A DNA stretch of 63,678 nucleotides, filler included, from Folioceros fuciformis (lineage: Eukaryota): NCBI GenBank assembly GCA_049999805.1. It is 8 parts of 8 records of this genome, joined end to end, with 100 filler letters (N's around TTAATTAATTAA, not from the genome) between each part and the next. Parts side by side here need not be neighbours in the genome. Positions count along the whole stretch, not along the records: positions 27,638 to 43,962 come from JBNGIO010001706.1; 7 more parts are not named here. The stretch is one strand, 5' to 3'. The notes under the pieces were generated by a model that was not told where the DNA came from, ran no database searches, and worked only from the letters and a program-made list of their open reading frames with translations. Shown piece by piece: positions 27,856 to 40,539 of the stretch. A program made the translations under genes and the position numbers. Position 1 is the first letter of the stretch. Each line of letters begins with the position of its first letter.

Positions 27856-30257
27856 ATGGCACACCCGGGAGAGTGCAATGAGGGAGTGTTGCTCTCCGTT
27901 GACCCCCATAGGTCTGTCCCGGCGCCCTTCCTCACCAAGACCTACCAGCTGGTGGACGATCCCGCCACCGACGACATTGTGTCCTGGGGGGAGGACAACA
28001 CCACCTTCATCGTCTGGCGGCCGCCGGAGTTCGCCAGGGATTTGCTCCCCAATTACTTCAAGCACAACAATTTCTCCAGCTTCGTCCGCCAGCTCAATAC
28101 CTATGTAAGTGCCGTGAAGTGCAGTGCCGTGTCGTGCCCTGCCCTGCCCTGCCCTGCTTCTCAGACTGCTGTTTCTTGAACCTCTGCTTCCCGCGCCCGG
28201 ATAGCTGGATGGCTGGATGGAGCGGATACCATGGCAGGCACTGACGCCTCCGCCTTCTCTTCTCTGCTCTCCTCTCTGCTGCAGGGCTTCCGCAAAATTG
28301 TTCCCGATCGGTGGGAATTTGCGAACGAGTTCTTCCGCCGAGGAGAAAAGCAGCTGCTGTGTGAGATCCATCGCCGCAAAACTTCCACCCAGGCCACTCC
28401 TGGGTCTGGAATATTGAACCCTGCTCACCTCCCTTCCACCAGATCTCACTCGCCTTCGGCGGAATCCGCTGAGGACGCCCCAGGCGGCACTAGGCCCTGG
28501 TCTCCCTCCTTGTCATCACCCGTGTCGTCCCCGCGGCCCTTGTCCACTGCTGTCGCAGCAGCCCCCGGACCCTACGCCATGTCCACACCCATGCCCTTGC
28601 CCGGGTCTAGCCCTTCCAACAAAATCTCGGAAGAGAATGAGCAGTTGCGTCGCGACAACAATGCCCTCGTTTCTGAGATGGCCACCCTGCGCCGTCTGTA
28701 TGATGACATGGTACGCATTCCGCTCCCTCCCCTTCTCACCGCTCTGTTATCCCGGTCATGGCTACCAGCACGCCAATGACCCCCGTGCTAACTTTCTGTG
28801 ATCCTTTTCAGGTTTCCTTTGTGCAACAACATCTCAAGCCTCCCACGGGCTCTTTGAGACCGCTGGCGGAGCTCTCCTCTCGGAATAGAGTGGGGTCGTC
28901 TCTGGCTCCTGGGGCACGCTTCACATGTGAGGCGGTCCCTGTCTCTGGAAGGGACTTGGAGCCGTCAGCAGGGCCTTGCAAGGAACCACCTGGTATCGCT
29001 TCAGGTCACCATCAGGTTCATCTGCGGAAATTGGGAAACCCTCTGTATCGGGGGCCCCCTTACGAGGAAGCACACGGAGGAGGCAATTTGGCTGCTGCGC
29101 ACGCGCAGCCCTTGCAAATATTGAGGAGCTCTAGTATGAGTGTACCGTCCTCCAACCATTTATCTCTGTATCATGATGGGAGCAGGACAAGTCAGTTGCA
29201 GTCTCCTTCCAGTTACGGGAAGCATGGCCATGAGCCGCAGCAAAGCCTCCAATATGCCACGATTATGAGGAACAATGGAGTGAAGAGGGAGCAGAGGATG
29301 GGTGACCATTTTGAGCTCGTGTCTTCGCCCACCGGCCTTGTCCTGCAGCCACCCAGGCCACCGATTCGGGGGCTTGTGCAGGACTGTCCTGGTCAAGACC
29401 ACGCCACTGCTGCGCAATTCACATCAGCTGAGGCGAGCTTTTTCCTTGCCAGTAGGAGTGGCCATCACAGCAACCAGTCAAAGGCCACCCTTTCTCTCAT
29501 GTCTGAGAGTGTCGATCGATTTGAAGCTGGGATGTCTACTTCCTCCTTTCCAGGTGGTGAGAAAGGAGGAGTCTCTCAGCTTTCTGGGACCTCCTTCGCT
29601 CCTTCGTCCAACATGTCCGACAAGACATCGCAGGACAAGTCGGTGGGACTTCTGAACTTGAACCACGACGTTGAAACCTACAGACAAGATGTTGACAACT
29701 ACAGAGAGGATGGGGATACGGCACTTTCTACAGACTTGGCTCTAAATCAGTCAGACGGTGTTGGGAGGTCCAAGGCGTGTGAATTTCGTCTCGGCTTGCT
29801 CAAACTCGAGACAAACACCTTCAAAGCGCAACGATTCACTTCCTTGTCGCAGGACTTGGAGACGACGGAAGCTGCATCCGTTAGTGCCAAGGATACCAGC
29901 TCAAAGAGTGGTGTTGACGCGTCCACATCCAAGCCTTTTGATACTTCCTCTGCAGAGAGCATGGAGACCTCTTCCAAATCGGAGACTGGGAACAGTCCCA
30001 CAAAGCTGTTTGGGGTGTCTATCAACCAGCCATCAGGAAAAAAACGGCTCCCTGATTGCGACTCACCAATAATTTGCAGCTTGACACCATTGCTTCTTGA
30101 CCAGCAGGGTCCTTGTTCCAGGATAAATGCTGAAGAGAGCAGCTGTGTTGGAGAGATGGTCTGTGCATCCAGGAGCCAGAAAGTTCATCGTGTTTTTCAC
30201 TCGGCCACAAGTTCATGGCAAAGGTACTCAGATAAAAAATATGCTCATCTTTGTTGA
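27856..30257 (+). CDS. Heat shock transcription factor, class B (exons 27856-28104, 28285-28710, 28812-30257; about 706 aa)
   Basis: DNA-binding domain [14 protein letters not shown]...[32 protein letters not shown] with the canonical intron. Compact HR-A/B ([17 protein letters not shown]), class-B repressor motif KLFGV and a KKR NLS. Confidence 0.92.
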
Positions 30258-30721
30258 CAGGGAGCAACGGAAAAACAGTAGTACGCGCGGAAGACACTCC
30301 AGCCAGGTCTCCATGAGTCTGTCCTCTCCAAGCCAAAAACCCATTCTCTGTTCTCAACAGGCCTGTGCCGAGTCTCTTTCTCGAATTTTTTTTAGGTGAC
30401 CCAGTTTAGATGACATTCTCGTAGACGATTAAACCAAGATGAAAGTCACTTGCGTACAACGCGCTTGATGGTAGTCGGTGCTTAAAATGTGTCAATAGCA
30501 GGTTACCCTGGTAGGTTTCCATTGCCCTGATAGCCCTGACCATCAAGTATTGGGTCCCACCGTCAACGAAGAGCCGCGATTCGAATTTGGTAGGCCGATG
30601 ATGTGGACAAACTTCGAAACATGGAGTCGACTGCACTTTACTACAATTATCTGTGAAAAAATTCCAGAAAATTTTGGGATTCCAACATTGAACTTCGCTC
30701 TTCTGCACTACGCAAACATTC

Positions 30722-32918
30722 CTAAGCCGCTTCAAATCCGAAGATCCTGAAAACCCCTGAGACAACAGGACACATGGGCAAACTTGTCAGCTCAAACTCA
30801 TACCTTCCGAATAAGATACGTGAAGTGAAAATCGCAAACCTTCATCAGCTTGATATTTGTTCTTGTCATCAGCTGCAAAAGCAAGAAGATTGTACTTTGG
30901 ATTCCACTCCACGCTGTTCATTGCAGCTCGACTTGGTATTTGAAAGACGGACCTCCCAGTCTCTACTTCAGCCTGGTGTGCTTATATGAATCAGCTAAGT
31001 CGTCAAGAAACACAGAAAAGAGCTCAGCGAGCGTAACGACAACGTAGACAAGAGCTAAGACTAACAATGTCGATGAAAAGGTCTTCGCTAGCCGAGGCTA
31101 CAAACTGCCCATCATGATTGAAACTTATTGTGCGAACTGGCCACCTGCAAAGCAAAAGCACATCTCTGAGTGTAACCGGCCGAAGAAACACCCCAAAGTA
31201 GACGACCAATTACACAAATCTCGTGACACAGCAGATGCCGAATGCTGGCGTACAGTGACACGTCACAAGAAAACGTGAGACAGACTGAGGGCCTCACTCT
31301 AGCTTCGTAAATGTCCGTGCACAAAGCATTTCTGACACATCCCATAGGCTAACCAGCGCATCTGCACTTCCCACAGCGAAATACCTGAAGACAGTTACAA
31401 CAACACGGGGAGAGATTTCAGCACACTCACTCCTCGTTGACAACGTCTTGGTGCCTGAAACACTCAGAAGTTCAGGCTCCTCAATCAATCATTTAACGAA
31501 CCTGCCCGTAGGATCTATGGCAATGCAGTAGCAACCCGCTGTATGGGCAATGAGTGTGTTCAGTGTCTGAAGAGATGGGTACGACAAAACCTCCACCGAT
31601 CCTGGGCACATGCCATTCACACTCGAGCAATCTTGCATTCCATTTTGCAGCTTAAAGTTGAACATGAGAGAGCATGGGAGAATATGGTGGCTAAAGAGCA
31701 AGGTACAGAAGCAACACTGCCGAGACCAGAATGGAGTATACCATTCCCGGTGGTAAGGAAAAAGAGTTCGCCAGTCGTGTTCCAGGCTATCTCATTCACC
31801 TGAACGAAAGCGTGTTGTGTTCACCAAATGCTAGAACCAGCAACCACACTCAACTCCTCAAGACAAATTGTATGCGACAACTGTGGCTGACGACTCATTG
31901 CTTTTCACAACACAAGGCATACACAACCTTTGAAGTGTTGTCATACCTCATAAGGAAACTGCCGCTTCTGTATTGCTTTGAATTTGCGAACGTCTATGAT
32001 GGTTAACTCATCATCCTAAAGTGTCATGTATCAACATTAGCCTTGAGGACAAAAGAAGACTACCCCAGCTGGACGCACATTATGATTTGTCAGTACTGTC
32101 CAACAGAAAATGGCCAAGGTGAAATTTACCCTGTTACCAACGGCAATGTGAGTCCCGTCAGGTTTAAAGGTGATGTTGATGTTCTCCCCACTTAGCTCCA
32201 CCTGTTGAGACGTTTTCCCAGCTGTGATGTGCAACACAGTGAAAGTTACAAATGTATCTACAAAATGGGAGGTTTCTCACAGAGAGCAACAACACTGCGA
32301 CGAAGCCATGAACCAATACCCAACAGGTGCTCGAAAAGGGGAAGAAGTTAAGTAGGTAACCATGTGAAAAACAATAGCCACTCACTGCGGACATCCCAGA
32401 GGCGCACAGTTTTGTCGCCAGATGCTGTGGCCAACAAGTCTGTATGTTTTGGATCCCAGCAGAGCTGATCAACGCTGTCAGAGTGTCCTTTCAGCTCCAG
32501 GTCTTTCGACTTACTCTGCACTAGCAAACCACAAATGAAAGTTCCAGTCGCCGGGTGCACAATCGAGACGATTCCTGAAGGAGGCCCGACAAGGGAAAAC
32601 TCGAGACATACATGTCCATGAGGTTCAATATGCCACACACGCGCGGTTTGGTCAACAGAGCCAGACGCAAGCTTCTTCCCCACACAATTCCATGCTACCG
32701 AGTGCACCTGCATCCACGTGTGATCAGCAGCAGATGGCGGAGGCGAGGAAGAGGCGAAATGGACGAAATGAGCCACTGGCTACCCACACCTTCTTCTTGT
32801 GGCCAGTGAACTCGCGAGTATGCAGGGTTTTGAACGCCGCCCCAGCCTTAGCAGCGCTGCCGCTACCCCAGCTCATTCCAGACGCCTGACCCTGTGGCGC
32901 TGCCTGCTGATCGGCCAT
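30722..32918 (-). CDS. TEX1: THO complex subunit 3 / TEX1 (WD40), multi-exon
   Basis: Exons encode REFTGHKKKVHSVAWNC, ELKGHSDSVDQLCWDP, GENINITFKPDG, AHTAGCYCIAIDPTGRYFAVGSADALVSLWD, MNSVEWNPKYNLLAFA and GVFRIFGFEAA*. Confidence 0.95.
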
Positions 32919-33180
32919 GGCCTCGATCTGATGAGCTATAGGTCTTGGCTAAGAAACAGCAAGTTCATCCTGCGTTTGATGCAACGCCCGGGGTTCAACG
33001 TCATGTGTGTGCATAATATGTAACCTATATCCATTCGAGGTCCAACTTATGTGTGGAATCCAGCTGACGTACGACGTCGAGACGCACACTCTATTTCCCT
33101 TGATCGGAAAGATCTTCGATTTCTGGCCCGGAAGCGTAGCGTGCGTTACTCGGCGCAGCGGATAGGCTGGGTAAGGCAGT

Positions 33181-36100
33181 ATGGATCAGGTCTTTTTGCA
33201 GATCCGGACGGACCTGGCCTCCAACGATGGCATGCGACAGGCACAGGCACTGCTTGTGGCTCTCCAACATGCTGCTGCGGGGCGAGATGTGTCCTCCATC
33301 TCCAAGGTTGCCTGCGACGAGATCATCGCCAGCCCGGCAAGCGCAGTTTGCAAAAAGCTCGCCTTCGACCTCATCCGAAGTACACGGCTCAACGCAGACC
33401 AATGGGAAACTGTGTGCAGGGGTATTAGGAATGATTTTGACTTCCCGGACTCCGATGTCACGGCTGCTGCTGTCTCCTTTCTAGCTGCCCTACCGTCCTG
33501 GAGGCTGGGAAAGTTAATCACTGATTGCTCCAAGGAAATTTCCAGCTGCATCGTTAGTGACAATGCAAATCTGAGATACGCAATTGTTGACACGCTTGGA
33601 TGCATCCTGGCAAGAGACGACATGGTTACGTTGTGCGCAACCAGCTCGACATTGCTCGACAAAGTTGGTGTCTGGTGGACGCAAATTGGTCAGAGCATGC
33701 TCGATCAATCGGATGCCGTATCATGGATCGCTTTTGAGGGAGTTGGTCGTCTTTTTCAGGAGTATGCTTCCAAGAGGTTGAGTCGCTTGGCAGGGGATAA
33801 ACTAGTCTCAAGTGAGGCAGCCCTTGCCATACGATCGCACTGGGTTGCAACTATGTGCAGGTGAGTGGGTTCCATCACTCTTTTACACGTTGGGATCCTG
33901 TTTCGGATATCGGACTTCTGAAGTTGGGCAAATTGTTGCCACAGATTTTTGTGGGACAAACGGGACATTTTGATGGCTCGCTCTCTTGTCCTGCCCTTGG
34001 AGAGCATGCGGGCCACCGTCTTTCCTCTCGTGTTTGCTGTCAAGGCTGTGGCCACCAGGATGGTGGATAGAATGCAGGTTCTTTCAGGGCCCGATGGGAC
34101 TCCACGCAGTCAGGACGAGCAGATGGCTGTCTTTAACGCAGAAAGAATTCTGGGAGTCTCGGATGTGGTCTCCCATTTCGCCCCCTTTCTGTCAGCCCTT
34201 GAGCCTGCCCTTATTCACGAGATAGGCGTCAATCTTCTATCTCTTGCAGACGTTCCAGGAGGTAAGCCAGAGTGGGCTGCTGCTCCAATCATTGCGCTTC
34301 TTACATTATGGGATCGTCAGGAGTTCAGTGCCGGGAGGGAGACGATAGTCAGGGCTGTAGTGAAGAATTTGCATCTGTTGGATTTTCATTTACAGGTATG
34401 TGCGGCTCGGTCTTCTCACCGCTTCTTTTTGTTGTTGCCGAGCTACCTTATCGCTCCCCGCCAGGCACTTAGCAGCTTTTTTGTCATGTAGGTCTCTCTC
34501 TTCAAGAGATTGCTCCTTATGGTGCGGAACTTGAGAGTAGAAGCAGATCGGATGGATGCCTTGGCTTCCATTTGCCGGACAGCCTTGTCCGTGGACCTGT
34601 TTGCTAAAGAAAGTGTAAGACGAGGCCAGAAGCCGCTTCCTGGAACTGACATTGTGTCTATGTTCGAAGAGCCTAAGATTAAGGAAGAAATGGTTGGCAT
34701 AAGCAGTCCTAGCCTGTTCAGAGAAGAGCTTGTGGCGTGCCTGGTTGAGAGTTGCTTTCAGCTCTCCCTCCCTTTTCCCAAATTGAAGGCTGCCAATCCA
34801 GAAAGTCGAGCTGTTGGTGCCTTGGTTTATGGAACTGGCTATGGGTCATTGAGCTGGACTCAAACAGCTCTTGAGGTGGTTGAAGTTTGTAGGCCATGTG
34901 TCCGGTGGGATTGTCAGGGGAGAACTTATGCGATGGACTGTTACTTGAAGCTGCTTGTAACCCTTTGTCGTGTCTATGATACGATTGGAGGGATCAAAAA
35001 GGCCAAGGATGGAGCTTCACCAGAGCAGATTCTGGCTGAGACGCGCTTGGCTGCTCTCCAGAGGCAGCTCGTCAGAGACCTCCCTGAGGTGAGTTCTTCT
35101 GGTAGCCTCATTCTGTCCAATCCAGGGGCGTGAAGTCTTTTCTCTTGCTATGGATTGGACCTTAGCAGTTTTGTGCATTATCATTCAGGTGGCCACCTCA
35201 CGAGTTCGATCTCGCATTATCTGGGCCCTTGCTGAGCATTTCGACCTAGAAAGTCTGGATCCTCTTCTGGCAGATGATCCTGAGGATCCTCTAAATATCC
35301 TCATTGAAAACATCCATAAAGTGTTGTTCAACGTGGATGGTGCTGTGAGTTCTGCCACCAACAGGCTTCAGGATGTCCAGGCAGCACTTCTCTGTGCGCG
35401 ACATCTGGGTGCACAAAATCTGCGTGCATTGCAGCTGCTGACAAAGGAAGTGGACGATTTTAGGAGTAGCAACTTGGCTGATGCAGTAAACAAGCACCAG
35501 TGTCGGCTCATATTGCAAGTTTTCCGCTACATATCCAAACATCCTAAGTCCAGGTTAGCTGGTATACTCATTCCTTGCCGTCGGTGGGTGCTGTAGTGTA
35601 TGAGGGTGAGATACTCTTCAGGGGATGGTCACGCTGACACATGTTATCCTCACTCCTAACCTGCCATCACCAGGTGGATTGGAGTGGCTTCTGCTAGTGG
35701 TGATTACCCTTTCAGCCACCACAAGCTGTCTGTGCAGTATTTTGATGCATCTGCAGCTCAAGATCGGAAGCTCGAAGATCTTGTTCATACTGCTGTTGAG
35801 GAACTTTGGAGACCTCGGCCTACAGAGCTTGAAGTTGTCACAAGCAAAAATCCTGCCTTTGAACATGTCAGAGCTCTTCCAAGGTTGCAGACAATGTCAG
35901 GCAGCAGTGACCCATGTTATATTGAAGCCTACCATTTGACTAATGCAACTGACCGGAGGTTGACATTACATCTGAAGGTACGCAGTGGTCGAAACTGACC
36001 ACGCCCATGTTCTGTGGTTTGAGGAGTAGCTCATTTCATTATCTGGGTAAGTGATCAGGTAATCAACATGACAGAGCTGGAACTTGGCCGGGTCGACATA

Positions 36101-37313
36101 CGTGTTGGACTTGGTGGTTCTCTTAGCTTCATGGATTCTGGAGTCCAAGCTATCCGGGAGCTGCATAAGCTTCCTTCACAGGCATGTTTATGGTCAGAAA
36201 AGTAGCAAATATAGTTACTCCCTTCTTCCTTTGAGTGGGGTATTTTGGTTCTCATGCTCAACTTCATGTGGGACGCAGGATCCTGTCCTCTGTAGTGTGA
36301 CCGTCGGAGTATCAAAGTTTGAGCACTGTTCACTCTATGTTCAAGTACTGCACTATCCTTACCATGGCTTAGGCAACTCAGGTGTTGATGAGGGTCTGTC
36401 TGCGGAGGATGATGGTTTGCAAGGACTCCGGTTCAGGAGAGGCATTCGGCCGGAATTTGGTGAGCCTGTGGTGCTCCGGTGTCGACCGTACAGAATCCCA
36501 CTCAATGAACTTCTGATGCCAAGGAAGTGCTCACCAGTTGAATTTTTCCACATCTGGCCAAGTTTGCCGGCTGTTGTGGAGTTTACAGCCGCCTATAACT
36601 ACAAGAGTAGTTTGATTAAGTCGTCTGCGTGGGACACTGATAGTCCACATTTTCTCATTGGGTTGAAGGCTATTGCATCTAAGCCGTTCCACAAAGTCTG
36701 TTCGCACGTCCTGCGGAATGTTGGTGGTTTCCAGGTACTGTATATCTCAAGCAAATTGTTTACCGTACAGATGCCTTTACCTGCAATTTTTGGAGTAAGA
36801 TGATTGTTGAGGGCTGTGTGTGTGGGTTGTCGTGCCTAACAGACTTGCTATGCTGCCAAAACATGGTATGGCGATTTCCTTGGGATGCTAATTTTTGGGG
36901 CCAGCGAAGTGAGCGGAGACGTGGACCTGGGGGACGAGAACAGAAGAATGCTCTGCAGATTTGTGCTTGGTGCCTCGTCTGCAGCCATTCTAGATGAGAT
37001 TATGCTGGATCCGCAACTTTGGTTGGATGATTTGAGTGAAGACACGTTGTACGTGATCTCAGAGGCAGACGTTCAGATTGCTGCAGACGAGAAACTTCGA
37101 AAGTTGAATGAGCGACGAGCCCTTCCCAAGTTAGCAGGATCGTCTCCCGTCGTAGAAGTACAGGAGTCTCTTGTTCCTGGCATGGACCAGCCCTCTGAAC
37201 CTTCGACTTTGACATCTTTCAAGGCGGAAGAGATGGAACACCGAGCTTTGCAGGCGGCTGTGCTGGAGCAATGGGAAACCTTCCAACGGGTGCAACCTGT
37301 GGTGGCTGCTTAG
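33181..37313 (+). CDS. TPLATE: TPLATE, endocytic adaptor complex subunit, multi-exon
   Basis: MDQVFLQIRTDLASND...SPASAVCKKLAFDLIRSTRL; DVPGGKPEWA; ESVRRGQKPLPGTDI; LDPLLADDPEDPLNI; SGSSDPCYIEAYH; EHRALQAAVLEQW. Confidence 0.96.
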
Positions 37314-37657
37314 CCCTGTGAAGTCCGGCTTTCCATAGCGCGTAAAGCGCAAATTGTTTCCAGACAATCCGTGAATTCCATTGAAGACGCAAACTTGTCC
37401 GGCGTTTTCATTGAAGCCAACTGTACTGGCTGCGATTGGAACGGGGATTGACATGCTTTATATTGAAGGAAGAGAGTGTCGTTGCGAATTCGTACAGGTG
37501 AAATTTTTCTACTTTTGGCTGGATGTAAATACACATTTCCGTCTGTATTTACTTAAGTCTGAAGTTGACCAAACTCTCTACATACAAACTGGTTTGAACA
37601 CTATCCGTCCACATACTGTATTTATGTACGTATGTACTATGCATATTGTGGAAGAGG

Positions 37658-37668
37658 CCCAACGGCTA
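37658..37668 (+). promoter_or_regulatory. MSA (mitosis-specific activator, MYB3R) element upstream of the TPX2-like gene
   Basis: CCCAACGGCTA fully matches the consensus YCYAACGGYYA, about 310 bp upstream of the ATG. Confidence 0.55.
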
Positions 37669-37974
37669 GTGAGCTTACCAACGTCTACACACTTGAATTC
37701 ACACAACTGCCCCCACTCTGTCCTTTCTCTGCCACACGGAGCGCGTACCGACTTTGTTTCAGTGTATGCTGCTCCTGCATTCCCTGCGATATGGTCATAT
37801 GGTGGGCATTCTGGGCTGTTTCTAGTGCAAATACTTGAATCCCTCGTAGCCGGATCAGGTTTCCACACAGGCAGTAGGAGGACGCATACCAAGGAAGCCT
37901 GAGGCACCATCCGTCGGAACTCCAACAGCACAAAACAGCATCGCAGTTTGAGTGATCACAGATACGAGCTTGAC

Positions 37975-40539
37975 ATGGATAGGCAAGAGCTGCTGTTTCA
38001 CGCTACCGATAGCGAGTTTGTGAAGGACGAATTTTATGAGGACTTCCAAGCGCCCAAATTTTACGACTTCTGTCTTCCTCACCAATCTGTGGACGCCGAT
38101 AGCTGGTTTCGTGTGACATCGTCACAGTCTGGTAAGTTCAGTCTGGCGCTCACTCCTTCCTGCATTCACTTGTGGGAAATCTTCAGAATGTGCATGAGCT
38201 GTAGTACTGTACCCAATTTCTGCTTTCGGCGTGATTCGCAGGAGCGTTGAATAATGTCGCAACAAAGACACCAGAAGCAGGAACCGAGGTTACGGAGCGC
38301 AAGGCCCCGGCAGGAGAGGAGAAGGTGGTGATGGAGGTGGTGACGTCAGCACCACCAGTTAGCGAGGAGCAGGAGAATCTTTCAAGCCTGTTCGACAAGC
38401 TATTGCTTCTTCCTAACAGCAATTCTTCTCAGCCATCGGGTGATGATGGAAAACAATCGCTAGCTGGAGAGGAAACGTTGGTGGAAGTGCCCAGCATTTC
38501 CGAAGCTCCTCCCAAAGTGATGGACAGCCGGAGGGACGAGCTCAAGCGCGTACCACCAGATGCCAGTAAATCTGACGACAGCATGGCCCTCCACCCACCT
38601 TACGAGCAACAAAACAGCAGAAAAAGGTCTTCCATTTCATTCTATCTTTATTGGCCTTACCTCCCAAGTTGTCTCTTACACTCCTGTTCTGCCTCGGCCG
38701 TGCAGAAAGATCATCAAAGTCACGGCCTCCGGGAACCTGGCGGATTCTCCTTCAGGTCATGACTTGGTCCCTGATGCTCTAAGCAACCAAACATGCAAGG
38801 TGAGATGATTCACTTCTCTTACGCAACATCCCGTTAGATGCTCTACAGAAATTGAAGCCCAGGCTTGCCCTCAACTGAACTTATGTTTCTCGTTGTGCCC
38901 GGCCATAAACTAAGGCATTTCGGTTGCTGGTTGAAGGTCAAAGGTGCCCTTAAAAAGCTGTCAGGAGCGAGGAAATCTGGATCGCGAATCAACGAGGTCA
39001 GCTCAGTCAGGCGACACCATGGGTGCTCTGTTGGACAACACAAAAAGCTCAGAACGACCTGTCCTCAACCATTCCGACTTCTTACAGAGGTTTGCTCTAG
39101 TCAAAGCTAATGGTGACGCCAGTGGCCGGCCTGCTGTGCGAGTTTGCGCAATAACATGCCTGAGTGAACAGGAGCGAAGTCATCTTGATTTTTTAATGCA
39201 GGAACGAGGTGCCATTAAGGAGCTTGAGTTTAGCAAGAAGGTAGAGCAGTTAAAAAGTAGTAAAGACAACTTGCAACTACCTTCCTCATTCTCCTCCACA
39301 GCCAACTCTGCATTGGTGAGTCCGGTAGGGTTGAATAAAACCTCCTCCTGGTTCTTGTTCTCCTATACGATGATGTGCATTAACTCGTTGTTCTTTTAAT
39401 CGGGTTCAAGACTCGCAGCAGTCTTACTAATGTTGGCTTGGTTAGGGCGGAGTGAGGACCTGGAAACCTATTTTGAAGGGCATGGTGAAAGATCTAAAGC
39501 GACCCATGGAGCAAAGTTTCCAGTTTCATGGACGGCTTGCTGGGCAACCAGAAGGGAAGGCTCAGGTTGAAATCGTCTCGTGTAGCGTGTAGCGGGCAAT
39601 AGAAGAATACCACGACAGTATTAGGCTAATTGGAGTTTCCACGTTGCCTTTGCAGTTGGACAAAATACGAGAGGAGAAGCAAGCCAAAGAGAAGGCATGT
39701 TGATTGAGTCACGTTTCACTGTTCCCTGATGCAGTGGTTTCATAATGTTGACAACGATCCTCACTGTTTGGCGGTTAGTTCTTGCAACAGGAGAGAGAAC
39801 CATTTAAGGAGATCCAAGGCAACACAAAGGTCAATATCACGAGCGCTGTCTGCAGAAAATTGAGAAAAGAGCCTGGGAAGCGAGGACCTCAGCAATGTCA
39901 GAAGACTGAGCAGGTACTGTTACTTGTCAAATATGCGTCGAGGCCTCCTGGTAAGCACAAAATGCGTGTCGTGGTTAGGAGATGATGATACTTTCTCGTC
40001 AATTCCCAGGAACGAGCTGCTTTGAAGGAAATTAAACACAATCAGACGACAGCTAGTTGTGCGCCCAATCATCAAGGCCACATTCTCTCTTCCGCGTGCA
40101 ATATGTTGGCCGGAAAAGTCCGTCAGGTACGCACGCGATTGGGCTAGCACAGCGTTTGTTTCACTTCCCGACCGCTAGCCAAAATTCAGCTGTCCTTGTT
40201 GTAGAAGGCCCAGCTGGATCTCACGTTGACGAAACGCGCGTGGGGTGCAAATTACTGAACCATCGCGGTGCTGCAGTTGGTCGGACGTATGGAGAAGACG
40301 AACGTATGCGGAACGCGGAAAATGTCGGAGTGTCCTCCCCAAACCCTGAGGCGAGATATCTAAGAATCATAGCTTGAAGGTCATATCTCGTACATTGTAT
40401 ACACCTTGAAGGTCCCTCATCCACTGTTGCACCGTGCAGGACTACGAAGAAGTTGACCATTCCGAAGGCCCCCAATTTCCACTTCTCGACAAGTAATCGA
40501 GAGTGCTCAAAAGATAAATCGCGGCCCAAAAGCGACTAA
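37975..40539 (+). CDS. TPX2-family (TPX2-like) microtubule/Aurora-associated protein; internal exon structure only partly resolved
   Basis: N-terminal EDFQAPKFYDF...DADSWF (Aurora-binding-type motif), TTCPQPFRLLTE|ERGAIKE and a C-terminal KKLTIPKAPNFH. Confidence 0.75.

Noticed and set aside
19495..40539. A cell-division cluster (NDC80, TPLATE, TPX2-like, PIN1)
   Set aside because: It is split by an artificial linker; the proximity is compatible with chance in a compact genome.
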